A DNA stretch of 64,000 bases from a virus: positions 1 through 64,000 of IMG/VR virus record IMGVR_UViG_3300029922_000014; one strand, 5' to 3'. The position numbers and the translations under genes are program-made. Below, piece after piece: positions 27,261-36,947 of the stretch. The notes below the pieces were generated by a model. The model saw only the letters and a list, made by a program, of their open reading frames with translations. It ran no database searches and had not been told where the DNA came from. The stretch's first letter is position 1, and the number at the start of each line of letters is the position of its first letter.

Positions 27261-28669
27261 GGGCCGTCCGCAGTGACAGGGAAGTTGGTTTCGCCGGGAG
27301 ACTGCTGGTAGCCGGTACCGCCATCGACCGCATTCGAGGCGACCGCGGTATTTGGAGCGTTCTGCACAGGCGCTTTGAACTGCGCGTTGATGGCATCCTG
27401 GTTCGCCACGTACCGGGTACCGTCACGGAACAGGGAGAAGTGCGTGGTCCAACCATCCGTTCCGTAGGTCTGATGCACCGACGCCACGAAGAAGAATCCG
27501 CTCGACCAGTGGTCGTTGCCATCCTTCTGGATGTACCTGACTTTGATGATGTCGTTGACCTGCACCGCATGCGTGCCGCGAACGCTGAGCGATGCGGTAT
27601 ACGCGGCAGTGGAGAGGCGTGAGAACTGCGCAGCGGCCATTGCCTTGAGCACCGTGTTGTCGCGCGCCGGCAAAGCGATCAGGGCATTTGTGATGCCAGC
27701 GACGGTCGGGCCACGTCCAATGGTGTTTCCGACGATCGTCTGCTTGGCGCCAGGGGCGCCGGAACCGCTGGTGGTATCGACTTCGATGCGTTCACCGCCG
27801 GCAGCATCCTTGCCAACGTATTTGGCGTTGCCGCCGCCCAAAAGCAGGACAGAGAACAGGTCATCCGCGGGCTTGAACTCGATCACTTCGCCCTGGGGAT
27901 CGCGGGCGTAGATGTATTCGGCAGCCAGCGTATACGCCGCGCCGCGCTGCGTCGAATGTTTGACAGAATGGAAGTGCGCAACGTTGCCACGGTCAAAGAA
28001 AAAGATGAAGTGGTCGCCATTGCTGTTGGCGGAACGCGGGATGAGCGTTTCGCGGATGAAGCTGATGTGACTTTCTTTCGTCAGTTGGAACGCGTCAGGA
28101 AACGTTCCGGCAGTCTCTTCGACGGTGGCGCCGAATTGGGCGACCGTTCCAGCGTAGTTGGCGGGGGTGTTGGGCGACTTCGGATCGCGCGTTACCCAAT
28201 TGTTCGCGGCTGCGATCTTGCGAAAGATGTCGGTGGCGGTCATGCCTGCGGGGAACGATCGCGGTTCGAGCGTCTTGTCGAGGACGTTGGTCAGCGAATC
28301 GGCGCCGACAATCTCGAACTCCATCGACAGGCCTTCTGGCATCGGGTTCAGGCTGACCTTGCACACCTGCCCAACGTACAGCGGAAGATTCGCAATCGCA
28401 GTCGATCCCTGATCCCATCCGAAACGGAAGGTGATCTTCTGGTTCGCACCGGTCAGGAACAGGAGACTGGTCAGGTAGGTCTCGTCGGGGTCGAACAGCG
28501 TCAGCTTCGCAGTCCAGGCGCCGTCGGAGAACTCATCGGTTTCGATGGATTGCAGATAGTTGGCAGCGGGAATGTCGATTGCGACCCCGGTGGAGGATCC
28601 CGACGGGACCAGAAAGGCCACGTCGGCAATGATCGGGGCGTAGCTGTCGGGAGTGTTGGGACCGCTCAT
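27257..28669 (-). CDS. baseplate hub (T4 gp27/P2 gpD-like)
   Basis: Position between LysM and spike genes; ITFRFGW, SG.FFV.SV.Q motifs. Confidence 0.8.
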   Translation of the reverse strand: MSGPNTPDSYAPIIADVAFLVPSGSSTGVAIDIPAANYLQSIETDEFSDGAWTAKLTLFDPDETYLTSLLFLTGANQKITFRFGWDQGSTAIANLPLYVGQVCKVSLNPMPEGLSMEFEIVGADSLTNVLDKTLEPRSFPAGMTATDIFRKIAAANNWVTRDPKSPNTPANYAGTVAQFGATVEETAGTFPDAFQLTKESHISFIRETLIPRSANSNGDHFIFFFDRGNVAHFHSVKHSTQRGAAYTLAAEYIYARDPQGEVIEFKPADDLFSVLLLGGGNAKYVGKDAAGGERIEVDTTSGSGAPGAKQTIVGNTIGRGPTVAGITNALIALPARDNTVLKAMAAAQFSRLSTAAYTASLSVRGTHAVQVNDIIKVRYIQKDGNDHWSSGFFFVASVHQTYGTDGWTTHFSLFRDGTRYVANQDAINAQFKAPVQNAPNTAVASNAVDGGTGYQQSPGETNFPVTADGP

Positions 28670-28671
28670 GG

Positions 28672-28689
28672 GATTGACACGGTGTCAGT
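28672..28689. promoter_or_regulatory. Dispersed palindrome (supplies the TGA stop of 28685..29050)
   Basis: GATTGACACGGTGTCAGT. Confidence 0.85.
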
Positions 28690-29050
28690 CTGCGGCGTTG
28701 GTGGCGAGACCCTGACGCCCAAGGAACTGCTGCACCGACGACCGCGGTGGAATGGTCAGCACCTGTCCAGGGTACATATCCGTTTCCGGATTGGTCATGG
28801 CGTTTGCTTGCATGATCGCGCGCCACATGCGCTCATACCCGGGGCCGTAATATTTGAACGCGATGAGGTCGAGGAAGCCAACTTCAGCAGAAACAACGGT
28901 GTGGTTGGTCGCGCCGACGCCCTGCTGCCCTGACAGAAACTCGGCAGGTGGAACCCACAATGCGAAGCGAATGACGTTGTCCGGGTCGAGGTAGACCGGA
29001 GTGTCCTTGTACATCGAATAATTCGATAGCTGGATCTGTTGGGTGCTCAT
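28685..29050 (-). CDS. LysM-type baseplate protein (T4 gp53/P2 gpX-like)
   Basis: LDLIAFKYYG...W.AI..AN...P...YPGQVL.IP. Confidence 0.85.
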   Translation of the reverse strand: MSTQQIQLSNYSMYKDTPVYLDPDNVIRFALWVPPAEFLSGQQGVGATNHTVVSAEVGFLDLIAFKYYGPGYERMWRAIMQANAMTNPETDMYPGQVLTIPPRSSVQQFLGRQGLATNAAD

Positions 29051-29679
29051 TGAGGACCTACCGACTGTCCAAGTTGGTTGATGGCGATGCTGAACGGAGC
29101 CATGCGGTTGGCGGCGCTCTGCTGGTAGTTCCCCATCCCCGTCGCGACACTGATAAATGTGCAGGCAACATCAGCACCGTAAGGAAGATGCGTGTCGGTA
29201 TCCCATGGACCGACCCAGGTCACTGTGGCGTTCACGACGCAGCGCATGTTCAGCAAACTGCCGATCTGGAGATAACACGGCGGCGGCGCATGGGATAGCC
29301 CATCGACCGTGATGAACGGATATTTCAGGGATTCCAGGAACTGAACCCAGCGAATGACTTCCGCCAAAATTGACGCTTCCGGAGCGGATGCGCCATCCAA
29401 GCCCTGTGCGCGCAGTTGAAAGTTGAGCGAGACGGTACGGTTCGCGGTGTTGATGTAGGTCTGATAGGATTCACCCCGCCCCAAAACCGCCGTGGCGTTG
29501 TACGTTGCTTCGGCCTGCTCCTGAATGCCTGAATCCAAGTCAACGAAGGTCGCAGAAAACTGCCTATCGCGAACAGGGACGTATTGCGTCCAGGGAATGT
29601 AGTATGGCCACGCCGTGTCTATCGACACGGTGATGAGCCCCGGACTGTGCGGCGTCTTTGCCTGTGCGTCGTAGCTCAT
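29047..29679 (-). CDS. tail tube initiator/baseplate tube-like protein
   Basis: LGRGE..Q.Y..T..RTVS, L.SL.YP...PP...L.IG; directly after the tape measure gene. Confidence 0.75.
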   Translation of the reverse strand: MSYDAQAKTPHSPGLITVSIDTAWPYYIPWTQYVPVRDRQFSATFVDLDSGIQEQAEATYNATAVLGRGESYQTYINTANRTVSLNFQLRAQGLDGASAPEASILAEVIRWVQFLESLKYPFITVDGLSHAPPPCYLQIGSLLNMRCVVNATVTWVGPWDTDTHLPYGADVACTFISVATGMGNYQQSAANRMAPFSIAINQLGQSVGPQ

Positions 29680-32600
29680 TGGTGACCGCCGCTTCCGATC
29701 ACGTCACGGGTCGAACCACGTGACCTGTTTGCAGGCTGTGACGCTGGACGATTGTTGGGGGAAGTGTTGCGGGCGATTGTCGCCAAGTGGGCCGCGATCA
29801 CCGGGCTAAGAGGATCCGCAGCGGTGACAGCGATGTCGCCAGAGGTCTTCGGTTCAGGCGCCGACGCAGTGACCGTGGCACTGGTTTCAGGGGCTTCCAC
29901 AACCGTTTTAGCGGGGGGAACCATTGCGGAGGTCCCGACAGGCGATCCGACCTGCGAAGTGTCGCCAAAACGGCTTGCAGCAGCCACGCCGGGGCCTGCA
30001 ACCGCACCAATCAGCGCAGTTCCGAAAGCAGTTCCAATCCCGCTCTTCCCAATGTGGCCAGAACGCAGTTCATCTTTGGTGATGGCACCGGTCTTCGACG
30101 AGAAGATGGTCATGAGGTCGCTGAAGAGCTTGCCATTGAAGATCGACATGAAGTCGTCCCAGTACACGATCAACTGCCGGATGAGAAAGACGACAGAGCC
30201 GATGGCGAGAGCGAAAGCGGCAAAGAAGGCCAGGGCGGTGCCACCGACCGCCAGCCCGGTCAGCGTCGCGGCCGACCCCGCAAACGCGGTGATGCCCGCA
30301 GTGATGCTTGCAATGCTCACATCAAGCGCAGCGAGGCGCAAACCAAAGCCGACGAGGCGCAAACCAAAGCCGAGAATCTGACGTGCGGCAAATGCCAATA
30401 CCGTTCCGCCAAACCACATAATGGTTTTTCCCAATCCAACAATGTTGGCGCCCCACTTCGCAAAGGTCGGAAACAGGCGACCTATCACGGATGTGGTCGT
30501 AGCAGCAGCCGTGGTGGTCGCCACGGTCGAAGCAGTGGTCGCGATCACCTGCTTTCCGGCGCTCGCGCTCATCATTGCGGATGCGCTGTAATTCAACGTC
30601 ATTGCTTCCGTGTCCGCAACCACCGCAGCCGTATGGAGCCCTGTCGCAACAGTCGCAGCACCGGTGGCAATCGCTTGGCGCCCGATGATCCAACTGCCGA
30701 ACGTCGAAAGAGCAATGAACGCTTTCTCCGCATTGGCCGCGATAACAAATGCATTCGCCACGACCGCCAGAAGCGGACCGATCGCAGAGAAGGTGTGCCA
30801 GACGTAGTTCAGCGTCGCGCTGCGGGTCACGAGGTCACTGATGTCGGTGATGAGCCCTTGCGCCCAGGTCTGGGAATCTTTGAAGATGCCGTTCATCACC
30901 GACATGCCGGTGTTGGTCTGAACCGTCTGCTTGTTCTGATCCGCGAGAGCTTGCGTGAGCGGAGAGACCCCCTTGCCCTGGAAGGCAACAGAAGCGTTCT
31001 TGGCGGCAGTCAGAGCTTCGACGCTGACGCCGAGGTTGTTGGCGAGGTTCTTGAGCGACACGTCGCTCAGGTTCTGGAGGTTGTTGCCGAACGTGTCGAG
31101 ATTGACGGTTCCATCTTCCAATCCTTTCTTCAATTCTGGCAGCGTCTTTCCGGTCAGAACATAGAGCGACTGCATCGCTTCCGGCTTGAGACCAGAGAAG
31201 GCGTCCGTCAGGGTGTCGCTGAACGCCTTGGCCAATTCAGGATTCACAGTGTTGAGCGCGCTCACCATCTTCACGGTGTTGGTAGTCACCGCTTTGAACT
31301 TGTCTGGCGAGAGTGCCGAGAAGTACCCGGCATTTTGGCGCAGCAGGTCGTTGAGCGTTTGCGTCGCGGTGGTCGCTGCGGAACCGGTCTGCGCAATTCC
31401 GGCAAAGAGGTCCTGAACCTCGGCTTTGCTGGCGCCGAAGGTCTTGGTCAGTGTCGCGCCCAGTTCGCCAGCGGCGCCAGTCGAGACGTTCGATGCTTTC
31501 GACAGGGCTTCAACCGCAGGAGCCAGCGTCAGGGCATCCTTCGACGTCAGGTTGAACTCTTCGCCCAACATGCGCGTGGTGGTCGAAAGTTCACCCAGGT
31601 TGGTAACGCCCAGGCGGAAGTCCTTCATGTCCGCCTGTAGCCCAGCAGCAAACTCGGCCTGTCCGGCAGCGTTCAGATGCCACAAGCGACTCATCGCATT
31701 CATGTTTTCGACGAAGTCCGCAATGATCGGCTCCGCACCAGAGTGTCCGAATGATTCGGCAATGCTGCCGTGAAGGTCGCGCAGCGATCCGCTGATGTTG
31801 TGGAAAGCTTCCGAGATCGCGATGAACTGCACCGGGGACATGATCTTCTTGAACAGGCGTTCGAGCGGACCGGCAGCATCTTTGGCAGCGGTCTGCATCT
31901 GATGCAACGACTTGTAGCTGTCGAGCAAGGTGCGCTTCATGCGTCCAGACCAGAGCTTGTCGTATCCGTCGGTGTCCTTGATCAGCTTCTGGAAGAGTCC
32001 GTCAGCTTCACGCAGGGAGGAGTTGAACTTCTTCATCCCCTTGGGGTCGATGTTCGCGGCGTGCATTTCCTTGTGGATCACCGCCGCCTTGATCAGGTTC
32101 TCGGCCTTCGCGAGGTTGGCGGTGAAGTCGGTGGGCAGTGCCTGAAAGTCGCCGGTGCGGATGTGCCGCGCCTGTCCGGCGATGTCGAGGATCTTTTGCG
32201 AAGCGTCAGCAGGCGTGACCATTTCATGGCGTGCCAGAACCGCGAGGTTGTCGTCAACCATGGGGCCGGCGCCACTGCTGACAGTTGCGGGTCCGCGCCC
32301 GCGTGCGTAGCCGGGGATCTTCAAAGCGCCGACCATGTCCGGTGGTTGGGGAACCTTCCGGTACAGTTTGGTCAGCGGCACGCTGGTGTCGAAGAACTTG
32401 CTCTTCTCTTTCGGAAGGCTGGCGCTGAAGCGATAGGTGCCTTTGCTCAAGAGCTTGGCCACGCCGCGGGCGATGGCGTCGGCGGCGTTCTTTCCGCGCT
32501 GCGTCTTGCCGAACATCAGTTCGACCGGTTGCTTGATCGGCTTCACGTTCTTGCGGAACATCGTCATCGTGTCCGCATAGGCCTTGGAAGCGGTCTTCGG

Positions 32601-32795
32601 GAGCACGGTAAACGATTCGACCGTCTTGCCCAGGCCAGCGAATCCAGTGTCGACCAGCTTGTTGGCCTTGGCGTTCCACTTCGAGAGGTTCTTCGTGAAC
32701 TGTTCGTAGGCGCTGCCGGCGTCGTTGATCGCCGGAGTCAGTTGGTCGTTCAGCCCCAGGAAGAAGGCCATCGTGAAGTCGGACTTGCCAGCCAT
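29676..32795 (-). CDS. tape measure protein
   Basis: 1039 aa, helical, Ala-rich, C-terminal hydrophobic stretches, canonical position. Confidence 0.85.
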   Translation of the reverse strand: MAGKSDFTMAFFLGLNDQLTPAINDAGSAYEQFTKNLSKWNAKANKLVDTGFAGLGKTVESFTVLPKTASKAYADTMTMFRKNVKPIKQPVELMFGKTQRGKNAADAIARGVAKLLSKGTYRFSASLPKEKSKFFDTSVPLTKLYRKVPQPPDMVGALKIPGYARGRGPATVSSGAGPMVDDNLAVLARHEMVTPADASQKILDIAGQARHIRTGDFQALPTDFTANLAKAENLIKAAVIHKEMHAANIDPKGMKKFNSSLREADGLFQKLIKDTDGYDKLWSGRMKRTLLDSYKSLHQMQTAAKDAAGPLERLFKKIMSPVQFIAISEAFHNISGSLRDLHGSIAESFGHSGAEPIIADFVENMNAMSRLWHLNAAGQAEFAAGLQADMKDFRLGVTNLGELSTTTRMLGEEFNLTSKDALTLAPAVEALSKASNVSTGAAGELGATLTKTFGASKAEVQDLFAGIAQTGSAATTATQTLNDLLRQNAGYFSALSPDKFKAVTTNTVKMVSALNTVNPELAKAFSDTLTDAFSGLKPEAMQSLYVLTGKTLPELKKGLEDGTVNLDTFGNNLQNLSDVSLKNLANNLGVSVEALTAAKNASVAFQGKGVSPLTQALADQNKQTVQTNTGMSVMNGIFKDSQTWAQGLITDISDLVTRSATLNYVWHTFSAIGPLLAVVANAFVIAANAEKAFIALSTFGSWIIGRQAIATGAATVATGLHTAAVVADTEAMTLNYSASAMMSASAGKQVIATTASTVATTTAAATTTSVIGRLFPTFAKWGANIVGLGKTIMWFGGTVLAFAARQILGFGLRLVGFGLRLAALDVSIASITAGITAFAGSAATLTGLAVGGTALAFFAAFALAIGSVVFLIRQLIVYWDDFMSIFNGKLFSDLMTIFSSKTGAITKDELRSGHIGKSGIGTAFGTALIGAVAGPGVAAASRFGDTSQVGSPVGTSAMVPPAKTVVEAPETSATVTASAPEPKTSGDIAVTAADPLSPVIAAHLATIARNTSPNNRPASQPANRSRGSTRDVIGSGGHQ

Positions 32796-32812
32796 ATCTC
32801 CATCCTGGGGGT

Positions 32813-32830
32813 GATTGACACGATGTCAGT
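32813..32830. promoter_or_regulatory. Dispersed palindrome (upstream of tape measure)
   Basis: GATTGACACGATGTCAGT. Confidence 0.85.
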
Positions 32831-32841
32831 TGATAACGAGG

Positions 32842-33051
32842 TCAGCCCTTCTTGGCGCGCTTGGCAGAAGCTTTCTCGTGGGCCTTCCGTTCCGCTTCCT
32901 TCTGTTCACTGAGCTTCTTGACAAAGCGCTGAAAGCGGTCGAGCGGCATGTCCATGACCCCGACATCCGTGAATCCTCCCCCGCCGTGGTAGAGCAGGAA
33001 GAAGATGTTGGATTCGATGTCTTCAACGCTTGGAAGCTGCCGGACGAAAAA
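32842..33051 (-). CDS. start-less gp51-like/second chaperone segment reached by frameshift (FFVRQLPSVEDIESNIFFLLYHGGGGFTDVGVMDMPLDRFQRFVKKLSEQKEAERKAHEKASAKRAKKG)
   Basis: Hand translation; no ATG/GTG/TTG between the upstream in-frame TGA (33118..33120) and the F.L.YH core. Confidence 0.7.
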   Translation of the reverse strand, partial: FFVRQLPSVEDIESNIFFLLYHGGGGFTDVGVMDMPLDRFQRFVKKLSEQKEAERKAHEKASAKRAKKG

Positions 33052-33820
33052 AGTCCGCGGTGATGGGTAACCCCAGTACCCGCGGCATCTGGCACGCCTG
33101 ACAATCGAGGTTGAGCTTCAGGTTGACGCCGGTCTCGACCGCGTCGAGGGCATCGACCATCGCGTAGGTGTCGGGCATGTCGAGGTCGACGATCCAGTGC
33201 TCCGTCTGCACGATGTCGGTCGGCTTGACGTCGTCGATGCTGACGATCTGGCGCGCGAGACGGTGCATCAGGCTGGTGTCTTCGACCTTGCCGGTGACGT
33301 TCTTCATGCGCTTGGCCGCCTGGGCAACCACCTTCTCGTCGGTTCCGCGCAGGAAGCGCAGTTCGACCTTCTTTCCGCATTCGGGCAGCATGCAAACGAC
33401 GGGTTCGACGAACGTCGGCCACGGTTCATTGGTGGCGGGGTTGACGGCATCGCCTTCCATGTGGCAGTCGAGTTTGCCGAGGTCGAAGTTCTTGACCATG
33501 TTGATGTGCGGGCAGTGCTGGCACTTCCAGTTGAAGTTGTAGCCCGCGGTCGGGAAGGTCCAGCGGCGCAGCGCCAACAAGATGGCAAAGCGATCGGACA
33601 TCAGCAGGTCGCGTTGCGGGAACTTGTTCGGCAGGATGGTGCAGTTGTCGATGATGACTGCGGCGCGGTCCTGATCGGCGGAGGCTTCCGATTCGAGGGC
33701 AATCAATTCGCCCGTCTTCATCTTGCGGATGGTGACCTTGCCGTCGGGAATCTTGCCTTCATACAGGCGGCCACGCGACGGCAGCGTGATTTCGAGAGTC
33801 GGAACGGGTTGGGTACCCAT
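33023..33820 (-). CDS. tail assembly chaperone/baseplate hub subunit (T4 gp26-like)
   Basis: ITLPSRG.LY, DR.AIL..LR, two CxxC motifs, terminal DFFRP. Confidence 0.8.
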   Translation of the reverse strand: MGTQPVPTLEITLPSRGRLYEGKIPDGKVTIRKMKTGELIALESEASADQDRAAVIIDNCTILPNKFPQRDLLMSDRFAILLALRRWTFPTAGYNFNWKCQHCPHINMVKNFDLGKLDCHMEGDAVNPATNEPWPTFVEPVVCMLPECGKKVELRFLRGTDEKVVAQAAKRMKNVTGKVEDTSLMHRLARQIVSIDDVKPTDIVQTEHWIVDLDMPDTYAMVDALDAVETGVNLKLNLDCQACQMPRVLGLPITADFFRPAASKR

Positions 33821-33893
33821 GGTCGTTTCCCTTCCCGGCACTGCCGGGGGATCGGGTGATGATCAAACGCAGCGCCGCATCGGCGCCTAAAAC

Positions 33894-34436
33894 TTAGACG
33901 TAGCCGTCGGCCTCGATCGCCTTGTCGATGGCCAGGGTCAGCGAAACGCTGATCTTGTCCTCGCCGCCCATTTCGATCTCGCCGTGCGAGAAGGCGCTGG
34001 GCCACACACTCTGAAGCGTGTACCGACGCAGGTTGCTGCCGTCGGGGGCGAAGAGGTCGATGTGGCCGGGCTTGGCGTAATTCTGCTTGAGGCCCACGGT
34101 GCCGGTGCGCGGATCGTACACCTGACGCCGCCACGCCAGGAGCAGCGAGACGGTGTTGTAGTTCAGGTATTCGCGGAAGGTTGCGGTGATGTCCTCGTAT
34201 TCGGGCAGGCCGGCAAACTTGCGCTTCTCGTTGAGGTACGCGACCATCGTCGGGCTGTTGGTGACCGACGGCAGCGAAAAGCCGTTGAGCGACAGCGTCA
34301 GGACGTTGTCGTTCGAGGTCAAACCGTCGCCACCGATTCCGGTGACGTACAGCAAACCACCAGCGGCACTCTGCGGCTCCTGAAGGTTCGCAGCGTCCAA
34401 GACGCCCGACAGGAAATTGGTATCGGAAGCAACCAT
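33894..34436 (-). CDS. tail tube protein (T4 gp19-like)
   Basis: LPSVT, RKFAG, W...VYDP.TG.VG...Y, Y.L..VWP. Confidence 0.85.
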   Translation of the reverse strand: MVASDTNFLSGVLDAANLQEPQSAAGGLLYVTGIGGDGLTSNDNVLTLSLNGFSLPSVTNSPTMVAYLNEKRKFAGLPEYEDITATFREYLNYNTVSLLLAWRRQVYDPRTGTVGLKQNYAKPGHIDLFAPDGSNLRRYTLQSVWPSAFSHGEIEMGGEDKISVSLTLAIDKAIEADGYV

Positions 34437-34456
34437 GGGAGTTCCTTCGGGTCAGA

Positions 34457-36724
34457 TCAGGCAGTGGGCAGGGTAAGCGAAGCGCCGGTGGGCAGCAGGG
34501 TCACGTCGAGTTCGATCACCTCGGCGGTGTCGAACGGAACGATGAAGAGCTTGGCCTTCATCGTCTTGTTCTGCTGCTGGAGCACCGGGTTGGTGGTCGC
34601 GTCGCAGATGACGTAGAACTGGTCGAGACCGCCGGCCGACTTGAGGCTGGAGAGCCCCGGGTTGACCAAGTCCTGGAGACGCTTCCAGGTGGTCGGGCTG
34701 TTCGGGCGGAAGTCGAGGATCCGCACCGCGGTGGCGCACAGCTTCTCAGCGTACAACAGCATGCGCCGGATCGCCACCTCGTTGAGCGCGCTGGAGACGC
34801 GCGATAGGGTGCGATTGGCGTACACCGTGAGCCCATCGCCGGTGGCGACGAGGTTCAGGATGTAGTTCACGCGGTTGACGATGTTGACGAGATTGCCCTG
34901 ATCACCGGGGTTCGGGCTGTATTCGACCTTGAGTCCGTTGACGTGGCCACGTTCGATGCCGGCCGGGGCCGCCCATGGACCGACTTGACTGTCGTTGAAC
35001 GCGAAGACCGCAGCGGCCGAAGCCGACGGCGGCAGCCAGATGTACGTCTGGTTGTATGCGTCGTAGTACTGGACCCAGGACCAGTACAGGGCGCCATAGC
35101 TCGAATTGAGCGGCGCAGTGGGGGCGTTGGCGATGTAACCGGCGAGACCGTTGTGCCAGTCCACGACCTGCTGGACCGACAGGCCAAAGGGCGGATCGAC
35201 GAGATAGATGAAGTCACCGCGGGTCTGGGCCAGGGTCAGGGCGGCGTTGATCACCGCCTGATTGGTGATGCCTGGAATGGCCAGGACGTTGAACTCGACC
35301 ACGTTGGGGTCTTGGAGAGCCTGAAGCCCGGTGGCCGACTGCCCCGAAACCGTGCCGATGTAGTCGGCGGCGGTCAGGTTGGCGATGCCGTCGGCGCCGG
35401 TGGTGGTGGTGCCGAGAACGTACGTCCCCGGGGTGACCACGCCCGCAACGAGGGTGAGCGAGGACAGGTACGCAGACGGACCGACTTCGTTCGGGATGCC
35501 CTGCACCAGCACGGTGTCGATGAAGCGCGCATTGCCGGCGGTCAGCGACAGGTTGTGGAACTGTTCCACCGGAGCCAGCGCGTTGGTGCCGAGGCTGCCT
35601 TGGGGGTACGACACGAGGATGTCGATGTTGCCCGCAGGAGCGCCGAGGATGACCGTCGGTTGGATCAGGACGCTGATGGCGTTGCCCCAGGTTCCCGGGG
35701 TGAACGCGGACAGCATGACGATGCTGGCGCCGGTTCCGGTCGTTGCAGCGGCGCCACCGGACATGCCGGTGATGATCTGCGTGACGGCCGAACCGTAGAG
35801 GTGCGTGTTTCCGTCCGTACCCACCACGGCTGCCCGCAGGCTCGCCAGCGGCGCATTGGTGCTGATGTTGGTCGCGACATAGCCGAGCAACGTGGCGGCG
35901 TTGATCGCCAGCACGAGGCTCGCCAGGGTGACATAAGCCGTGCTGCCGATCGGAACGGCGATGTGACCGCCACCGGGAGTGGTGTTGGTGAACTCGAAGA
36001 TGGTCTCGGGACTGCCATTGGTCGCGGTGATGATCAACGACGACGCAGCGATGGCAGCGAGCAGGTTCAGGAACGTCGCGTAGGCGTTGGTGCCGATGAG
36101 AACCTGATTGCCCGTGGGGCCAGACGCCACGAAGGTGAAGGTCACCGGGGTCACACCATCGCTGATGACCAGCGTGTCTGCCGCAGTCGGATTCGCACCG
36201 GCGATGAAACGGATCGAACCGGAAGCGGCAACGAGCGAGGTGCCACCGGACATGCCTGCAACGAGCAGAGCAGCCGAGGTGGTGGTGATCGCGACGTTGC
36301 CGGCGGTGCCAGGGGCGTTGCGCGTGAGCAGGACGGTGGGGATCTGCCGGGGGATTGACAGCGTGTCACCGGTGGTCGGATTCGCAGCGAGTCCGACGGT
36401 GCCAGTGGCGTAGGTGGCAGCGGCGGAACCGGTGAAGCCAGGAATGGTGGTCTCAGCGGCAGCGGCGTCGCTATGGGCGACACGCACATACTGGAGGTTG
36501 ATGCCTTCGGCCAGGGGCGGAATGCAGGACTGGATACCGTAGTCGTTCAGGACCGGCGGACCGAACTTGTTGACGAGATCCTGCTGACTGGTGCATTCAG
36601 TCGGCACGCCGATCGGACCCTTCGTGGCACCGCCCATGACGACGATGTTGGTGAGGCCGAGAGCGGGCGCGTACTGCGACCAGTCATATTCCTTGACGTA
36701 GATACCGGCGGGCTGGAATGCCAT
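34457..36724 (-). CDS. contractile tail sheath protein
   Basis: P.GIYVKEYD, KGPIG.P, FTPG.WGN, LAIPG, RGD...VDPP, YGALYW.W, LPPS, PWAAPAG..RG, RVN, RRML. Confidence 0.95.
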   Translation of the reverse strand: MAFQPAGIYVKEYDWSQYAPALGLTNIVVMGGATKGPIGVPTECTSQQDLVNKFGPPVLNDYGIQSCIPPLAEGINLQYVRVAHSDAAAAETTIPGFTGSAAATYATGTVGLAANPTTGDTLSIPRQIPTVLLTRNAPGTAGNVAITTTSAALLVAGMSGGTSLVAASGSIRFIAGANPTAADTLVISDGVTPVTFTFVASGPTGNQVLIGTNAYATFLNLLAAIAASSLIITATNGSPETIFEFTNTTPGGGHIAVPIGSTAYVTLASLVLAINAATLLGYVATNISTNAPLASLRAAVVGTDGNTHLYGSAVTQIITGMSGGAAATTGTGASIVMLSAFTPGTWGNAISVLIQPTVILGAPAGNIDILVSYPQGSLGTNALAPVEQFHNLSLTAGNARFIDTVLVQGIPNEVGPSAYLSSLTLVAGVVTPGTYVLGTTTTGADGIANLTAADYIGTVSGQSATGLQALQDPNVVEFNVLAIPGITNQAVINAALTLAQTRGDFIYLVDPPFGLSVQQVVDWHNGLAGYIANAPTAPLNSSYGALYWSWVQYYDAYNQTYIWLPPSASAAAVFAFNDSQVGPWAAPAGIERGHVNGLKVEYSPNPGDQGNLVNIVNRVNYILNLVATGDGLTVYANRTLSRVSSALNEVAIRRMLLYAEKLCATAVRILDFRPNSPTTWKRLQDLVNPGLSSLKSAGGLDQFYVICDATTNPVLQQQNKTMKAKLFIVPFDTAEVIELDVTLLPTGASLTLPTA
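36353..36370. promoter_or_regulatory. Dispersed palindrome (in sheath CDS, encodes GDTLSI)
   Basis: GATTGACAGCGTGTCACC. Confidence 0.8.
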
Positions 36725-36744
36725 ATGCGTGTTCCTTCGTCAGG

Positions 36745-36936
36745 TCAGGCTGGGATCTTGGTGAGATGACCGCGAGCGATCAGGGTCTCGGTGTACTCGG
36801 TCAGGTCGGAAGCGGAATAGGCGGCCGAGGTCGCGTTGGCACCCAACTTCACCTCGGCCACGGCACTGTCCTTGCGGATGGAGATGGTGATCATCTGCGT
36901 GCGGCGGTTGACGAGACGGAAGGTGGAAGAAGCCAT
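36745..36936 (-). CDS. small pre-sheath protein
   Basis: GAAAGG RBS; typical position. Confidence 0.65.
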   Translation of the reverse strand: MASSTFRLVNRRTQMITISIRKDSAVAEVKLGANATSAAYSASDLTEYTETLIARGHLTKIPA

Positions 36937-36947
36937 GTGCAAACCTT

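Noticed and set aside
32826-33422. 198-aa ORF as the -1 frameshift product of the chaperone
   Set aside because: Arg/Ser-rich junk translation; the +1 frame gives the credible protein
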